Positions 35,701 through 49,510 of a stretch of DNA of 64,000 nucleotides are shown here, in pieces; position 1 is the stretch's first letter; each line of letters starts with the position of its first letter. Under the pieces are notes generated by a model. It was not told the origin of the DNA. It saw nothing but the letters and a program-made list of their open reading frames with translations, and did no database searches. A program made the translations under genes and the position numbers. This DNA comes from Tricharina praecox (Eukaryota), in contig NW_026250415.1 in NCBI RefSeq assembly GCF_024521635.1, positions 496,001 through 560,000 of the forward strand, read 5' to 3'.

Positions 35701-37228
35701 ATGTAGCAACGATACTGTACTATAGACTTTCGCCATAGTCTAGATAGGCTGCATGCGAAATAAAACAGGAAGATCTCTCTCTCTGTACTATAGACTGCTG
35801 TTTCTTCGGTGCGATAGACGGCGGTACGGGACCATTCGGAAACCGTCCGGTAACCACCGCAATTGGGAGTGAAGTGTCCGAGTTACCTACGCACCACCGG
35901 CATGTATGCGCCGCATATAGGTGCTATTGCAACTTGCGTCACTGCATTCACCTGTAGCCTGTAGGATCTACCGCTCGCCTTGGTCGTTTTTAGATTCTTA
36001 GTCGTGGATCGACTGCGTGTTCAATGTTCATCGCACGAGTGATCATGGGTAGTTAAGTACTTAAAGTAGGTGCTTCTCACCGTGATCCCCCGCCTCCGAA
36101 CGTTGGCACTCGCCGACTCCGTTGGCACCCGCAGGATCTACGACAGGTCCCACTATAATAGATACTATATACGGGCCCGTACTATATAAGTTATAACAGT
36201 CGGCCGAGTGAGACTTGAACAATCCCGACAACACACCCACACAGTGTACCCAAGTACATGTTTAGGTATCTACTACCACCACCACCGCCTCATCCACCAT
36301 ACCAGGCGTCGGGCGTCCCTCACTCACGTCTCCGGCCCACCAGTAACGCCACCAGCCCACAAACCGACGTACCATCCCACCAAGCGGAGCATTGCCATCC
36401 GCGCGTGTAGGCAGGGAGGGTATCACTCTTCCCGTCCGCCCCTCCCGTCCGCAACAGTCTACATAGGCACTATGTAGCAAGCACTATTCCCAGCTTACCT
36501 ACTTCGAAAAAATCTTGGAACCATGGAAGCCAGATGGACGAGTCATCAACGTTCTCCAACGTCCTCCAACTTCCAAGAGCTACACCGCATCATGCACAAT
36601 CACTCGGTCAAATGGATCCAACTCCTGTTGAAAATATGAATGTGAGGTTTCAGTTGCTTGATTCATTCGCAAAACACGGCGGATTGCCAGCTAGACAGAA
36701 CCTAATAGAGGGAGAAGTAAGTATGAAAAACAATATTCTCCAGGCGCGAAAATATTACCAATATGACAAATGTGCAATATCTTGGACAAGTGACGACGGT
36801 GGCTTTTCAATGCGAACGAGAATCGCAACAAGGAGAAGGAGGCGGATCCGCTCAGTTTATGTCACATGATTCATTATCACAGAATCCCATCACGATGGTT
36901 TACTCAACTTGGATGCTCGGAGATGTATGTATATCCGCAAGGAAGTTTAATGTCTTGACTGCTCGGGCGCGCTGGCGTCTTTTGTGACGTTCAGCGTCGC
37001 CCGTAGTAGGTACGTATTGCTCTGCCATATGTATGTGCTCTGTATGTATGTACAACCTCCTCCTCCGCCTCCTCCTCCTTCCCCTCCTCCTTCTCATCCC
37101 GAATCCACAAATCTAACGATCATATGCTACATCAAAACCCCCAATGCAATGCCCGAACCCCCCAAAAATCCAAAACGCCATGAATGCATACACCCCAAGC
37201 CCCACGCCCGCTTCCACCATCGAGCGGC

Positions 37229-37735
37229 CTAAAATCTCCCCGCAACAACACCCACAACCAGTAGCGCGATCACCACGAAGCCCATGCCCAAGAGCACCAG
37301 GACAGCAGCCTTCTCCGCGGCGCCCGCAGGGCCGGCACGCACGGCGACGGCCAGGGCACCTCTGCCGCCTCTGCCACCTCTGCCAACGCCCGCCTCGAGC
37401 GCGGCAGTATCGATCCACGCCGCCGAGCCCATCGTCAGCGCGGACTTCTCGTTCTCGTTCTCGCTCGTGGCGATCCACATGGGCGTCGGCGGTGCGAGGT
37501 GGAGTGCCAGTGGGCGGAGGGACGCGAGGTGCTGGAGTCGTGGGGAATAGCGGGGTGGAGCGAAGCGCGTGGGGAAGGGTTTGGGTGAGCTGGGGGCCGA
37601 GGAGGCGGGGGAGGAGTGAGGAGATGAGCCGAGGAAGGTGGAGTGTGTGGGACTATTGTCGCTGCTGTTGCTCGAGGTGGGAGAGGTGGGGGAGGTGGGG
37701 GAGTACGGCGGCGGCGAGGGAAGTGTAGAGTGCAT
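37229..37735 (-). CDS. 168-aa putative tail-anchored protein with an N-terminal PPPY motif
   Basis: AAAATG start context; MHSTLPSPPPYSP; C-terminal hydrophobic helix VLVLLGMGFVVIALLVVGVVAG followed by RF*. Confidence 0.6.
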   Translation of the reverse strand: MHSTLPSPPPYSPTSPTSPTSSNSSDNSPTHSTFLGSSPHSSPASSAPSSPKPFPTRFAPPRYSPRLQHLASLRPLALHLAPPTPMWIATSENENEKSALTMGSAAWIDTAALEAGVGRGGRGGRGALAVAVRAGPAGAAEKAAVLVLLGMGFVVIALLVVGVVAGRF

Positions 37736-39109
37736 TTTGGTAGTGGGGGTGGGTTCCGTGGGGGCGATGAGCGTTCGGGTAGATGTAGCGGGCGGAGGTG
37801 AGAAATGACAGTCAATGCCTGTGTCGTGAAAAAAAAAGGACCGAGTTGAAGTGAAGATTCCGTCAAGGAACGAGTGTGAGTGTCGATCTTGCGTCAAGTG
37901 AAGCGAAGTTGATAGCGACGACGACAACAAGATGAATGAGAAGAAGAAGGAGAAGGAGAAAGGAGAAGGAGAAGAAGCACAGATGTAGGAGTGTAGGTGT
38001 GTGTATGTGTGTGAGTGGGTGAGTGTGTGAGTGGGTGAGTAGTGGAGGAATAATCTTCCCCGCGGCGCAGACAAGTTACATATACGCACAACATCCCCAC
38101 CCGCGTCCCCCCTCTCCCCTCCCCAGCGGCCGGAACAACCCCCTGCTCGCCCCGACCGACCGAAACGATGAAACACCAGTTAGTTACGCCACACGCCCTG
38201 AGCCATCCCTGAGCCATCCCTGTCCCGCCACGGACGGAGTGTTTGAGTGTTTCGACTAGATGTGCCTTGGCACCGCTGAACCACTCATCCGCCGGTCTGG
38301 AGATTTCAGATAAATATAAACACCACCTACCTACAGGAGGGACGGGAACTTTGGAAGATGTAGGTACTTGTGTAGCCGCGGGTGCCCTAGGTGTCGGGAC
38401 TCAGGAGGGAATTCAAGCCTCAATCCTCAGGGAGGGACATGATGAATTTCTCCATGCATGTATGCAGCGTACGGCAGAGTACATAGATGTATCTTTTTTA
38501 ATCTTTTACGTGGCGCTCGGACGGTAGATGGAGATTTGTTCCCGCTCGGGTGCATTGTGCTGTATGTACCGTAGATCCCCCAATCCACCCTTTCCCCCCA
38601 ACCCCGCCCCCCGGACCCCCGATTGACCTCGAAAGCGCGGGCGCGAAGCAAAGGTGACGGGACAGAGAGTGTATTTTCGTCACGACACGACACGGTGCCG
38701 GCGGCATTGAGATGAATCGCAAAACCTATGCTACTAGTACATAGATCCCGATTTAGGGTACCCAGATGAAGAGAATGGGTACAGTACTAGTTAGTAGAGT
38801 GCTGATCAATTTCTCGTGATATTGCGCGCTCTACTCAGTGCTCTGCTCTACTCTACTCTATTCGACTCTAGACTCGAGTACCGCACGTGCCCAAGTAGTT
38901 TGGCATTGAAGCTCATGTGTAACGATACGCGATGCCGCGGTTCCAATCTTCATCTCGCCGATAGGTACGTCGCTTACATACAACCAAACCGAACCGCACC
39001 GAAAAAAACCTGCGTGGTGACACGGTCGGTTGGATGACGGTTGACAGCGGCTGTCCCCACATCGGCCCGAGGCAATGCGCATTCCAACATCCACATCACT
39101 CGAGGATAT

Positions 39110-39160
39110 CACGGGTGACGGCTACGAGAGAACATCACGAGTGACGGCTACGAGAGAACA
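39110..39160. repeat. 26-bp tandem duplication downstream of gpd
   Basis: CACG(G/A)GTGACGGCTACGAGAGAACA twice. Confidence 0.85.
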
Positions 39161-39307
39161 CAAAGGTTTAGGGAAACCAAACTGCAGCCTTTATTTATTC
39201 CTAAGCCCCAGCTTTTATGCTATTCCCCTTTTGAGCCTCAAGGAGTTTTATTCCCTTCGGCTTCCCATTTCCCTACTCAAACCAAACACATAACCGACAG
39301 AATGCAT

Positions 39308-40772
<1,465 letters not shown>

Positions 40773-43073
40773 TTCGTATGTGTCTACAGAGAGAAGTCAG
40801 CAAACACTGACATCATGGACATCACGGCCTTCCGATGAACGATGACCGATGAACCTTTCGCTGCCGCAAAGAGCGCGCTATAGAGAGCAGATGGGATGGA
40901 ATGGGTGAGAGACCGACCTTGAGATGGTGTTTTGAGTGGGGTTGTGTTGTGGTGCTGGGTGGAGAGAGAAGACGAGGAAGCCCGAGAGGACAAGGCGGGG
41001 TATTTATCGAAAGCACCCTTACGTCTTACCTACACTTGTTTTCCACCCACCGCCCACCGCTGCTCGCCTTCTTTTGCCTTCGATAATCGTAATTATGATT
41101 TTAATAGATTGCCAGCTGCCCCTCCGCTCTCGATAATAATCAAGCCTCTTCGGTCATCGCGAGCTTGGCGGCGAACATATTCCTTTTTGGGAAAGATACG
41201 CTAATACGGTAGAACATCATCGTCTGTCCCGTTCCGCCACTGGTAGATCTCGCGGCGACCGCCGACAACAGCTGTGAGACCTCCACCGCCTGCACGCATA
41301 ACTCGCTCCTGCTGCTGCTGCTCATCCACTGCGATATGATCCGACCCTGTCTTTCGGCGTCTCTGCTCGCAGCGCTACCTTACCTCCACCGGCAATAGAG
41401 CCCCCTGTCACCCTCGCCCTTCCGAAGCCCACGGCTCCGTCGGTAAGTAACGATAATAATCCGCTTCAGACGAATCCTCCGTCCGAGGTAAACAGCCTCA
41501 GACGAACCCGTTAACTCGCGAAAAAAAAAGCCGGTGATTGCGTTTATTATTAGAGCAGTATAAAAGGTATTTCGCTCCCATCGGTCTTGTGGTTTCGAAA
41601 GAAATCCCCCACCGCTCACTGCTGCTCGATATCGCCGCTTTCGCTCTCGCTGTTCCGCTCGGTCTCTGCTTTGGCGCCACCCCCACCACGGCCACACCCA
41701 CGGCGCACGCCTCTCAGCCTAGCAAACCCCACCACGACCACCACAAAACCAACCGCTCTCCCAGGAACGTGCGTGCCTGCCTGTCCGCTTCTGTCCCGCC
41801 TGTCCCACCTGCAAAACTCTATGCGCTTCAACATTCTTCTCGACGATTCCAGCGGGAAAGAAACAATTGGGGGACCGGACCTGCGTACATACAGAAAATT
41901 TGCATCCCGCAACGCAGGCAGCCCGCTGTTCGCGCCGCTCGGGGATAGATCCCCTATTCGTTGATTTTTTTCCGTGCCGCTACCGCGGTCGTCGCAATCG
42001 AAACCCCTCATCCCATCCCATCCCCCAGCCAGCCAGCCACGCAACTCCATAATTCCATTGATAATAGATAGGTTTTTTTTTCTCTTTCCTGCGCGCGGGG
42101 CCGATAACGACCACCACCACGATTACTATGCCCACGTACGAATGAGGTGAACCTCCGCTCTCTCCCTCCCTCCCTCCCTCCCTCCCTCCCTCCCCGGAAT
42201 TCGCCCTCCCCGGCGTTCCGGCTCCATCAGCTCCGCGAATGCACGACACATCTCTTCCCCATCCCAAAGCTGCGAAACAGACGGACAGCAGACGGCGACC
42301 TCCAGTCCCTCTGCGAAACTCAACCACGTTCCTGAGTCAAAGTGCCAGAGCGCGTATCTACAAACCTACATGTCCTGCACGTCATCGTCATGTGTGTTCG
42401 CCGTGGTTCGGCGTACTGGGATCTTCTGGAAGTCGGCCCGTACGGCGTGGTCTAGAGTGCATTGGAGGCTAGACACCTACGCCGATTACTTATGATATAT
42501 CTATACCAAAGTTGTGTCCCTGTGTGGGTAACACCTCTTGGTGGTATGTAGGATCTACCTAGTGGTACGACATCGAAGAGGGGTAAAATTGGAGGGGTAA
42601 ACCTACCGTCTCGAGAGAACAACATCTTATCGTGTCTCGACATGAATGATTTGTAGATAAATAATAATCGTCCGTTTACTCACCGCCGCTAGCTCTTGCA
42701 CGTGCTTGCTGTTGCCTCTGCTTCTGCTGCTGCTGCTGGGTGGGGAGAGATGAGCGATTAATGAGCCCTACATTTCAACCGGTGATGCTTGTGTACCGTA
42801 CCGTATGTTTCTGGGAAACAGGTGCCTGGCGCGCGCTCTGTAGGTAATAATGGCATCATGATTCATAGGGAACTAATCCCTCGTCGCACTGTCGCAGACT
42901 CGCAGTGTCGCACTTACCAGTCGCCACCCGGCCGGTGTCGGGACAAACTGCGAGCCGGTTGTTCGTACGTCCCTGTCAGTCATGATCTCAGCCCGCGTCG
43001 TCGCCGCGTGGACGTGCTCGACTGGAGCTCGGGAGGGATATTCCGCGGGTAATAGCCGACCGACCCGTCCTGT

Positions 43074-43130
43074 CACCGTCCTGCCCTGCCACCGTCCTGC
43101 CCACCGTCCTGCCCACCGTCCTGCCCACCG
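43074..43130. repeat. (CACCGTCCTGCC)n 12-mer tandem repeat upstream of SGD1
   Basis: About four units. Confidence 0.85.
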
Positions 43131-43435
43131 TTAACGTGAACACTAGATACGGTACGGTACACGGTGTAATCACCATTCCGTCACCCCGCCAACCCGCCAA
43201 CCCCCGCCGACCCTTCGTCACGTGCCCGTACAGCATCACAGGCGATCACCCTCCCAACGTCCGTGCGTAGCGCACCCCGTGCACCCTGTCGGTTGCTCTA
43301 GGCCAGGGCAAAAAACTTTTTGAGCCGCATCCCTTTGCATTTTTCCCTCTGGAACCTTCGGAACTTGCCATCCACCGCGCCCCACCACACAACAGCCATA
43401 CAACAACCACGCACGATCCACGATTCACGAATTCG

Positions 43436-46232
43436 ATGTCGGCACAACACAAAGAAACAGGAATCCGCCTTCCCAAAGCGCTGCGTGAGGAGCTTGGTCT
43501 CGGTGAGTACGCCCCGCCCACCTTACTTGCGCGCGCACGTTGATTGGGCTGGTTGGACGGGCTGGGTATAGCTAATGCGGAATACAGATGATCGCGGAGC
43601 GCAGCGAAACGGCGGGCGTGGTGGTGGTGGCGGGGGGCGTGGCGTTGCTGGCGGTGGTGCTAGCGGGAGAGGCGGTGGCCGAGGAGGCAGGCCCACCGGC
43701 GATCGGAAGGCCCTGCGGAAACAGGCGCGCCAGGACGTGAAGAAGACGCGGAAGAACACCCAGAAGCGCGGACGGCAGTATGGCGGAGCAGCAGGCGCGG
43801 ATGGGGGTGGAGGCGACGAGGATGGGGAGGAGGACGAGGACGAGGATGGAGTGGATCCGTTCGATATTTCGGATCCGTCGGATATTGAGGAGTTGATGAA
43901 GCCGGTTAAGGACAGGAAGCCGAGGAAAGCTGAGCCCGTGCCGGAGCTGTTGAAGGGGGGGAAGAAGAGTAGGTCCAAGCAGGAGGAGGAAGAGAAGAAA
44001 GAGAAGAAAGAGAAGAAGGAGAAGAAGGAGAAGGAGGGGAAGAAGGAGAAGAAGGAGAAGAAGACTGCGAAGCGCAAGGCGACTGAAGACCTCGACGACG
44101 AATCTGCGCCGCAGAAGAAGAAGCCTAGCAAAGCAGTGCTGGACAGGATCGCACAGGACGCAGCGGAGATTGCTTTCCTCGAGAAGAAGTTGAAGATCAA
44201 GAGCAAGAAGGTTCCAAAGGCCTTTGAGGAGGACGGGTTGGACTTTTTACTGGATGGTTTGAAGGATGATTATCTCGACGATCTGGAGGAGCCGGTGAAG
44301 AAGAAGAGCAAGAAGACTGCGAAGGTGGAAGTGCCAGTGGAAGCGGAGGAGGAGGAGGAGGAGGAGAGTGACGACGAAGAGATGGACGACATGTCGGATG
44401 GCGGTTCAGATGACGAGGACGAGGGCGAAGACGATTTTGAGGGCTTCTCTGATTCGGAAGCCGAGGAGGCACCACCGCCCAAATTCCGAGAGAACCCATA
44501 CAAACCCGGTGTGACTGCCTCGACGACGACGGACGAGAAACCCGCCGCCAAGTATATTCCCCCGTCACTACGCAAGCCTGCGGGCAATGAGTCAGAACGT
44601 CTCACTCGGTTACGGCGACAGGTCCAGGGTCTCATCAATCGTCTCTCCGAAGCCAAACTCATTCCCATCCTGGGCGATTTCGAAGAACTCTACCGATCGA
44701 ACCCACGAGCGGATGTCACAAGCATTCTGACCGACATCCTCGTGTCCACGTTATGCGATCCTTCAGCGCTCAATGACACATACCACGTCCTCCACGGTGG
44801 GTTCCTAGCAGGTCTTTACAAGATCATGGGCATCGACGTCGGCGCCACAGTCGTGCAACGAATCGTTGAGGAGTTCCTGAGTCAGCACGAAAAAGCGAAT
44901 GGCATCGCAGACCCCTCGACCGCCGGCAAAGAATGTACCAATCTGATCAGTTTTCTGTCGGAGCTTTATAACTTCCAAGTGATCGGCTGTGTGCTCATCT
45001 TCGACTTCATCCGCCTGTTCTTGTCGGAGCTGACGGAGCTCCACACGGAACTCCTCCTCAAGGTTGTTCGGAATGCGGGCCCACAACTTCGCAGTGATGA
45101 CCCAACGGCTCTCAAGTCGCTGGTGGTCCTCCTCCAACCCGCCATCGCAAAAGCCGGCGGCATTGAAAAGCTCAGCGTCCGCACGAAATTTATGATCGAG
45201 ACCCTAACCAACCTCAAAAACAACCGTCTCAAGTCTAACACCGCAACCTCGGTAGTGACAGCGGAGCATACAGTGCGCATGAAAAAGCTTCTGGGCTCGC
45301 TCAACAACACACGAACACTGCGCGCCACCGAGGCCCTCCGGGCTTCCCTCGACGACATCAAATCAACCGAGACCAAAGGGAAATGGTGGCTTGTAGGAGC
45401 ATCGTGGGCCGGTGGAGAACCTACCAAGCCCTCCCACGAAGATGAGGAGGAACAAGAAACCATAGCACCCTATGTTTCCGACTCCGAGGAGGACTCCGCT
45501 GGTATGCCAGACCTTCAATCGCTTGCGCGGCAACACAGGATGAACACCGACATCCGCCGGGCAATTTTCATCACGCTCCTCTCCTCGAGCGATTTCGCCG
45601 ACGCACACACGAAACTGTCGAAGCTCCGCCTCAAACGGTCACAGGAGCGTGAGATCCCACGAGTGCTGCTCCACTGCGCCGCAGCAGAAGGCACCTACAA
45701 CCCCTACTACTCACTGGTAGCGAAGAAGCTGTGTGCCGGACACGCATTGCGAATGACATTCACATTCACGCTCTGGGACTACTTCCGCCGCTTCGGCGAA
45801 GACGATGGATCCGCCACCGCCAGCAACCCGGACGACGACATCGACGGCGACGACGACGACGACGTCTGGTCGCAGCCCACGGGACTCCGGAAGATCGTGA
45901 ACCTCGCACGGCTCTACGCGTCTCTCATCACGTCGGGGAGTCTGCAGCTCGCGATCCTGAAGACGCTAAACTGGGCGTATCTACAGTCTCCGACAAAGAG
46001 CTTCCTCGAAGTCCTCTTTACAACCATATTGGCAGAGAGCGAGTGGGAGTTGAACGTGGTGTTCTCAAACGTATCGGATAATACGGAGCTGGTCAGGGGC
46101 GTGCTGCATTTTGTAAAGAAGACGATGAAGCATGGAGGTGTTGCCGCGGGAGCGGAGGAAAAGGCCGCAGTCAAGCGGGGCTTCAAGACCGCGGTGGAAA
46201 TGTTGGAGGATGTGTTGAAGGCGCAGGTATAG
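43436..46232 (+). CDS. SGD1: Nucleolar MIF4G/MA3 protein (Sgd1/NOM1)
   Basis: KYIPPSLR, VQGLINRLSE, GPQLRSDDP, GKWWLVGASW, RMNTDIRRAIF, YNPYY; first exon 43436-43502, intron 43503-43587. Confidence 0.93.
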
Positions 46233-47204
46233 TGGGATAGAACGGTATATAAAATTTAGGACCCGCGAAAATAATTGACAGTATCATACAACAAAACCGA
46301 CCCAGTGAACTTGACATCGCTGAAGGAATGCTGTGACGTTCCGCCACCACGTAATCAAATCAAGTGTGTCGTATCCACCGAGTCGGTTTTGGCTAAATAT
46401 TGTTTTGATTTGGGGCTTTGAGCGCCATCACCGCTGATACCGGATAACCATATTCGTAAATCGTAATACCTACTCCGTACATCCACAATATATCACTCGT
46501 CGGAAAGCAATTTTGCACCGGTTCTGCTTTCTTTCTTTCTTCAGTACTTATGTACGTAGACCACACCCATATAAATATCCCCACGTATCGTCCCGACGGT
46601 CCGCCAACTCAGCTGCGGTCGCGCGCCAGTTGCACGAGTGATATACCATGCGATACATCGACACATCGACACATCGATCCATCCATAGTACTTCCGCGAG
46701 CGCTATAGTAACGCACTGCATTATCGTCCACTCCTGGTTGCCCGGCTCTGTGGATGCTGGCTGGTAAAGAGTTTGTCCGCAGCCCTGTCGGTCCAGTAGT
46801 TGTGGGGCTACGGATACTTCGATTGCCAGCCCTGGCCGGAAGGCTGTAGACGTCCCATAATGTTACCACCGTCGTGACCGGTCAACATATACACGATGCA
46901 CACCGTGTAAATGGCGAAAATGTAGTAGGTATATTCGACGGTCTAAGTATACAGATAGTATCTAGTAGGTAGGTGGTACATGCTGATGCAAATAAAACGC
47001 AAGAAAGCCCGTCGTCTCCCCTCTTCACACCGTGACGGTTACAGCGGAGCATAAGCCAAAAACTCAAACAACCAGGCACTCCCGAAAAAAAAAGCCAAAG
47101 AACATCGATCGATCAAATCAAGACACGCAAACAATGCCAAACCAAAATGCTGCTCATAGATAGATACACCCCCATCACATCACATCACATCGAACCCCGC
47201 ACAA

Positions 47205-49510
47205 TCACGGGCCCACCTCCGCCTCCTCGACCGCATCCTCGCGTCTCACCGCCTCATCCACACTATCGACAATCTCGACCACCGCGGAAATCCCCGACCT
47301 CTTCATGCGCACCATGATGGCGCCGTCCTCGCCACCACTGACGCGTGCAATCCACACCCTGACATCGCGGCTGACATATCCGGCGACGAGTTCCTTGACG
47401 ACCTGCGCACCACTGCCATCGATACTCGACACGCCGGCGATATCGAACACCACGCCTCTCACGCCCTGCTTGAGCCTCGGCAGGGAAGGATGAGCGCGGC
47501 TATCGCCGTAGCGGTCGATACGCCACAGCCGTCGCGCCAGATCACCGGCGTTCGCAAATGTGAGCGATTCTCGGATCTTGATGACGAGGATGTTGGGGGT
47601 TTGCTCGACACTGGGGGAGTCCTCGACAGGCTTCCAAGCTCCCGTGATGGGGTCGCGTCCAAGGATCTGGATGCGTGCGCGCGTCGAATGCTTTATCACC
47701 GTGATGAGGGAGATGCCGACGCCGACGGCGATGCCCGTTGAGATGGACCAGACCAACGTCGTTAGGAATACTAATGCCATCGTCGCCAAATCGGAGTATG
47801 CGTGGATCCTGACGAAGAAGAGGATATCGTGGGGTGCTTCTTCCAGGAGAGAAACGCCGACGACGGAGATCATGGCGCAAAGAACACCGCGGGGCAGGTA
47901 GTAGAAGTAAGGGAGAACAAAGTAAATGCATAGGATGGTGCAGATTGACAAGACAATGGAGGACACGGGGGTACGTCCGCCAGTGGCTTTATTGACCTTC
48001 GATCTTCCGTAGCCGCCAAATGCTGGCAAAGCACTGAAGCAACCTCCAAGGACATTTGCAGCTCCGAGGCAGATGAGTTCGCGATTAGACGAGATTGAGA
48101 CGTCGAAGTTTGTTCCCAGAGCTTTCGCAGCTACCACTGATTCGAAGAAGCCAAGAACCGAAATGAGAAATGAGGTCGAAAATGCTTCTTTGGCGTGGTT
48201 CAGGTGCGCAATCTGCATGGGAAACTCAAATTTGAAAGGTTTACCACCACTGACTTCGATCTTGCCGAGGATCTCGAGGCCTTGCTGATCCCAGCGGAAG
48301 ATCGAGGTGAGGACAGCACCCAACACCACAACGAGAAAGCGATCGGGCAAGAAGTGTATCCACGGATGCCGTGGGGCAATCCGTTGTTTCAAGACCCGCC
48401 CTATCATAATCACTGCAAACGATATGCCGGCAACGGCAAATGTGAGAATGTGCGTCTGTGGTAAATGCCTGACCAGCCAGTGAAGTTTTGAAAGAGTTGA
48501 AGCATGAATAATGTGTTCCTGTTTGGCGAGCGGGATAAGTCCCATCTCCGGCTAATCTCATCAGTCAGCCCTGGTGGCGGTAGAACGCATGTAAGGGGCC
48601 GATCATACCAAAAGCTGATCCACGAAGATCACGAAGCCGACACCCGAAATAAAACCTCGCAACAATGGCCTGCTCAGAACGGAATCCAGAAAACCTAACC
48701 TCAAGATTCCAGCAACAAGGGCAATCGCACCCGTCATAGCCGTGATCGTCGCCTAAGTTCGTTAGTACAGCCCCATCTCCTGCAAGCCTCATTCCGACTA
48801 ACCGCGAGCCGAGCATTCTGGAAATCGCTGCCTTCTCCACCATCATCATCGAACGCGGGATCGTGATGCGCATTCATCGTCCGTATGGCGTTACCCATCA
48901 GCAACGACCCGGCAGCCTCTGGCCCCACAGCCATCGTCGGACACGATCCCAGCAACGCGTAGATGAACGGTTGTACTGCAAACCCGTAGAGGCCGTGTAT
49001 CGCGGGAAGATGCGCCAAGTTCGCCGACAGCGACAGTGCCATTGGAATATAAATACTCGCCATGGTAACTACAATCCCCCGCACCCCACCTGTTAGCTTG
49101 CGATTCCCGCCCAACACCTATGAAACAGCATAGGGGGGCTTACTCCCAGCGGCAACATCGCCCATAAAGAAGCTGAATTGATACTTCTGCACCCAGGCGA
49201 TACAGGGAATGTAGTAGCTAAGGTACATGAGCCACGGACGCTTCACGCCCGCCTCTTCCGCAAGCACTGTCGTCGTCGTCGCACGCTGCAACCAGCTCCG
49301 CTTTGGCGTTGAACTGCCGCCGCCGCCGCCGCCGCCTCCCGAGACAACAGAGTCTCCCGGCGATGCCGGACGCGAGCCGATGGGCGTGAACGTGCCGTTG
49401 TCGGAAACATTATCGTGGTGCTCTTGGAGTAACCGTGTCCGCGGATCGGTAGCACGGTGAGGCTTCGAAGCCGCCGCCGAAGAGTCTTTGGAGCTGCCGG
49501 GCCACGACAT
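47205..49510 (-). CDS. SulP/SLC26 anion transporter with STAS domain (YPR003C-like)
   Basis: GDVAAG|ITMASIYIPMALSL, VGPEAAGSLL, SNREL, ALPAFGGYGRSKVN, STAS (ESLTFAN, FDIAGVSSIDGSG); introns 49069-49143, 48753-48802, 48552-48608. Confidence 0.92.

Noticed and set aside
36534-36869. 111-aa ATG-initiated ORF
   Set aside because: No recognisable motif and no supporting gene structure
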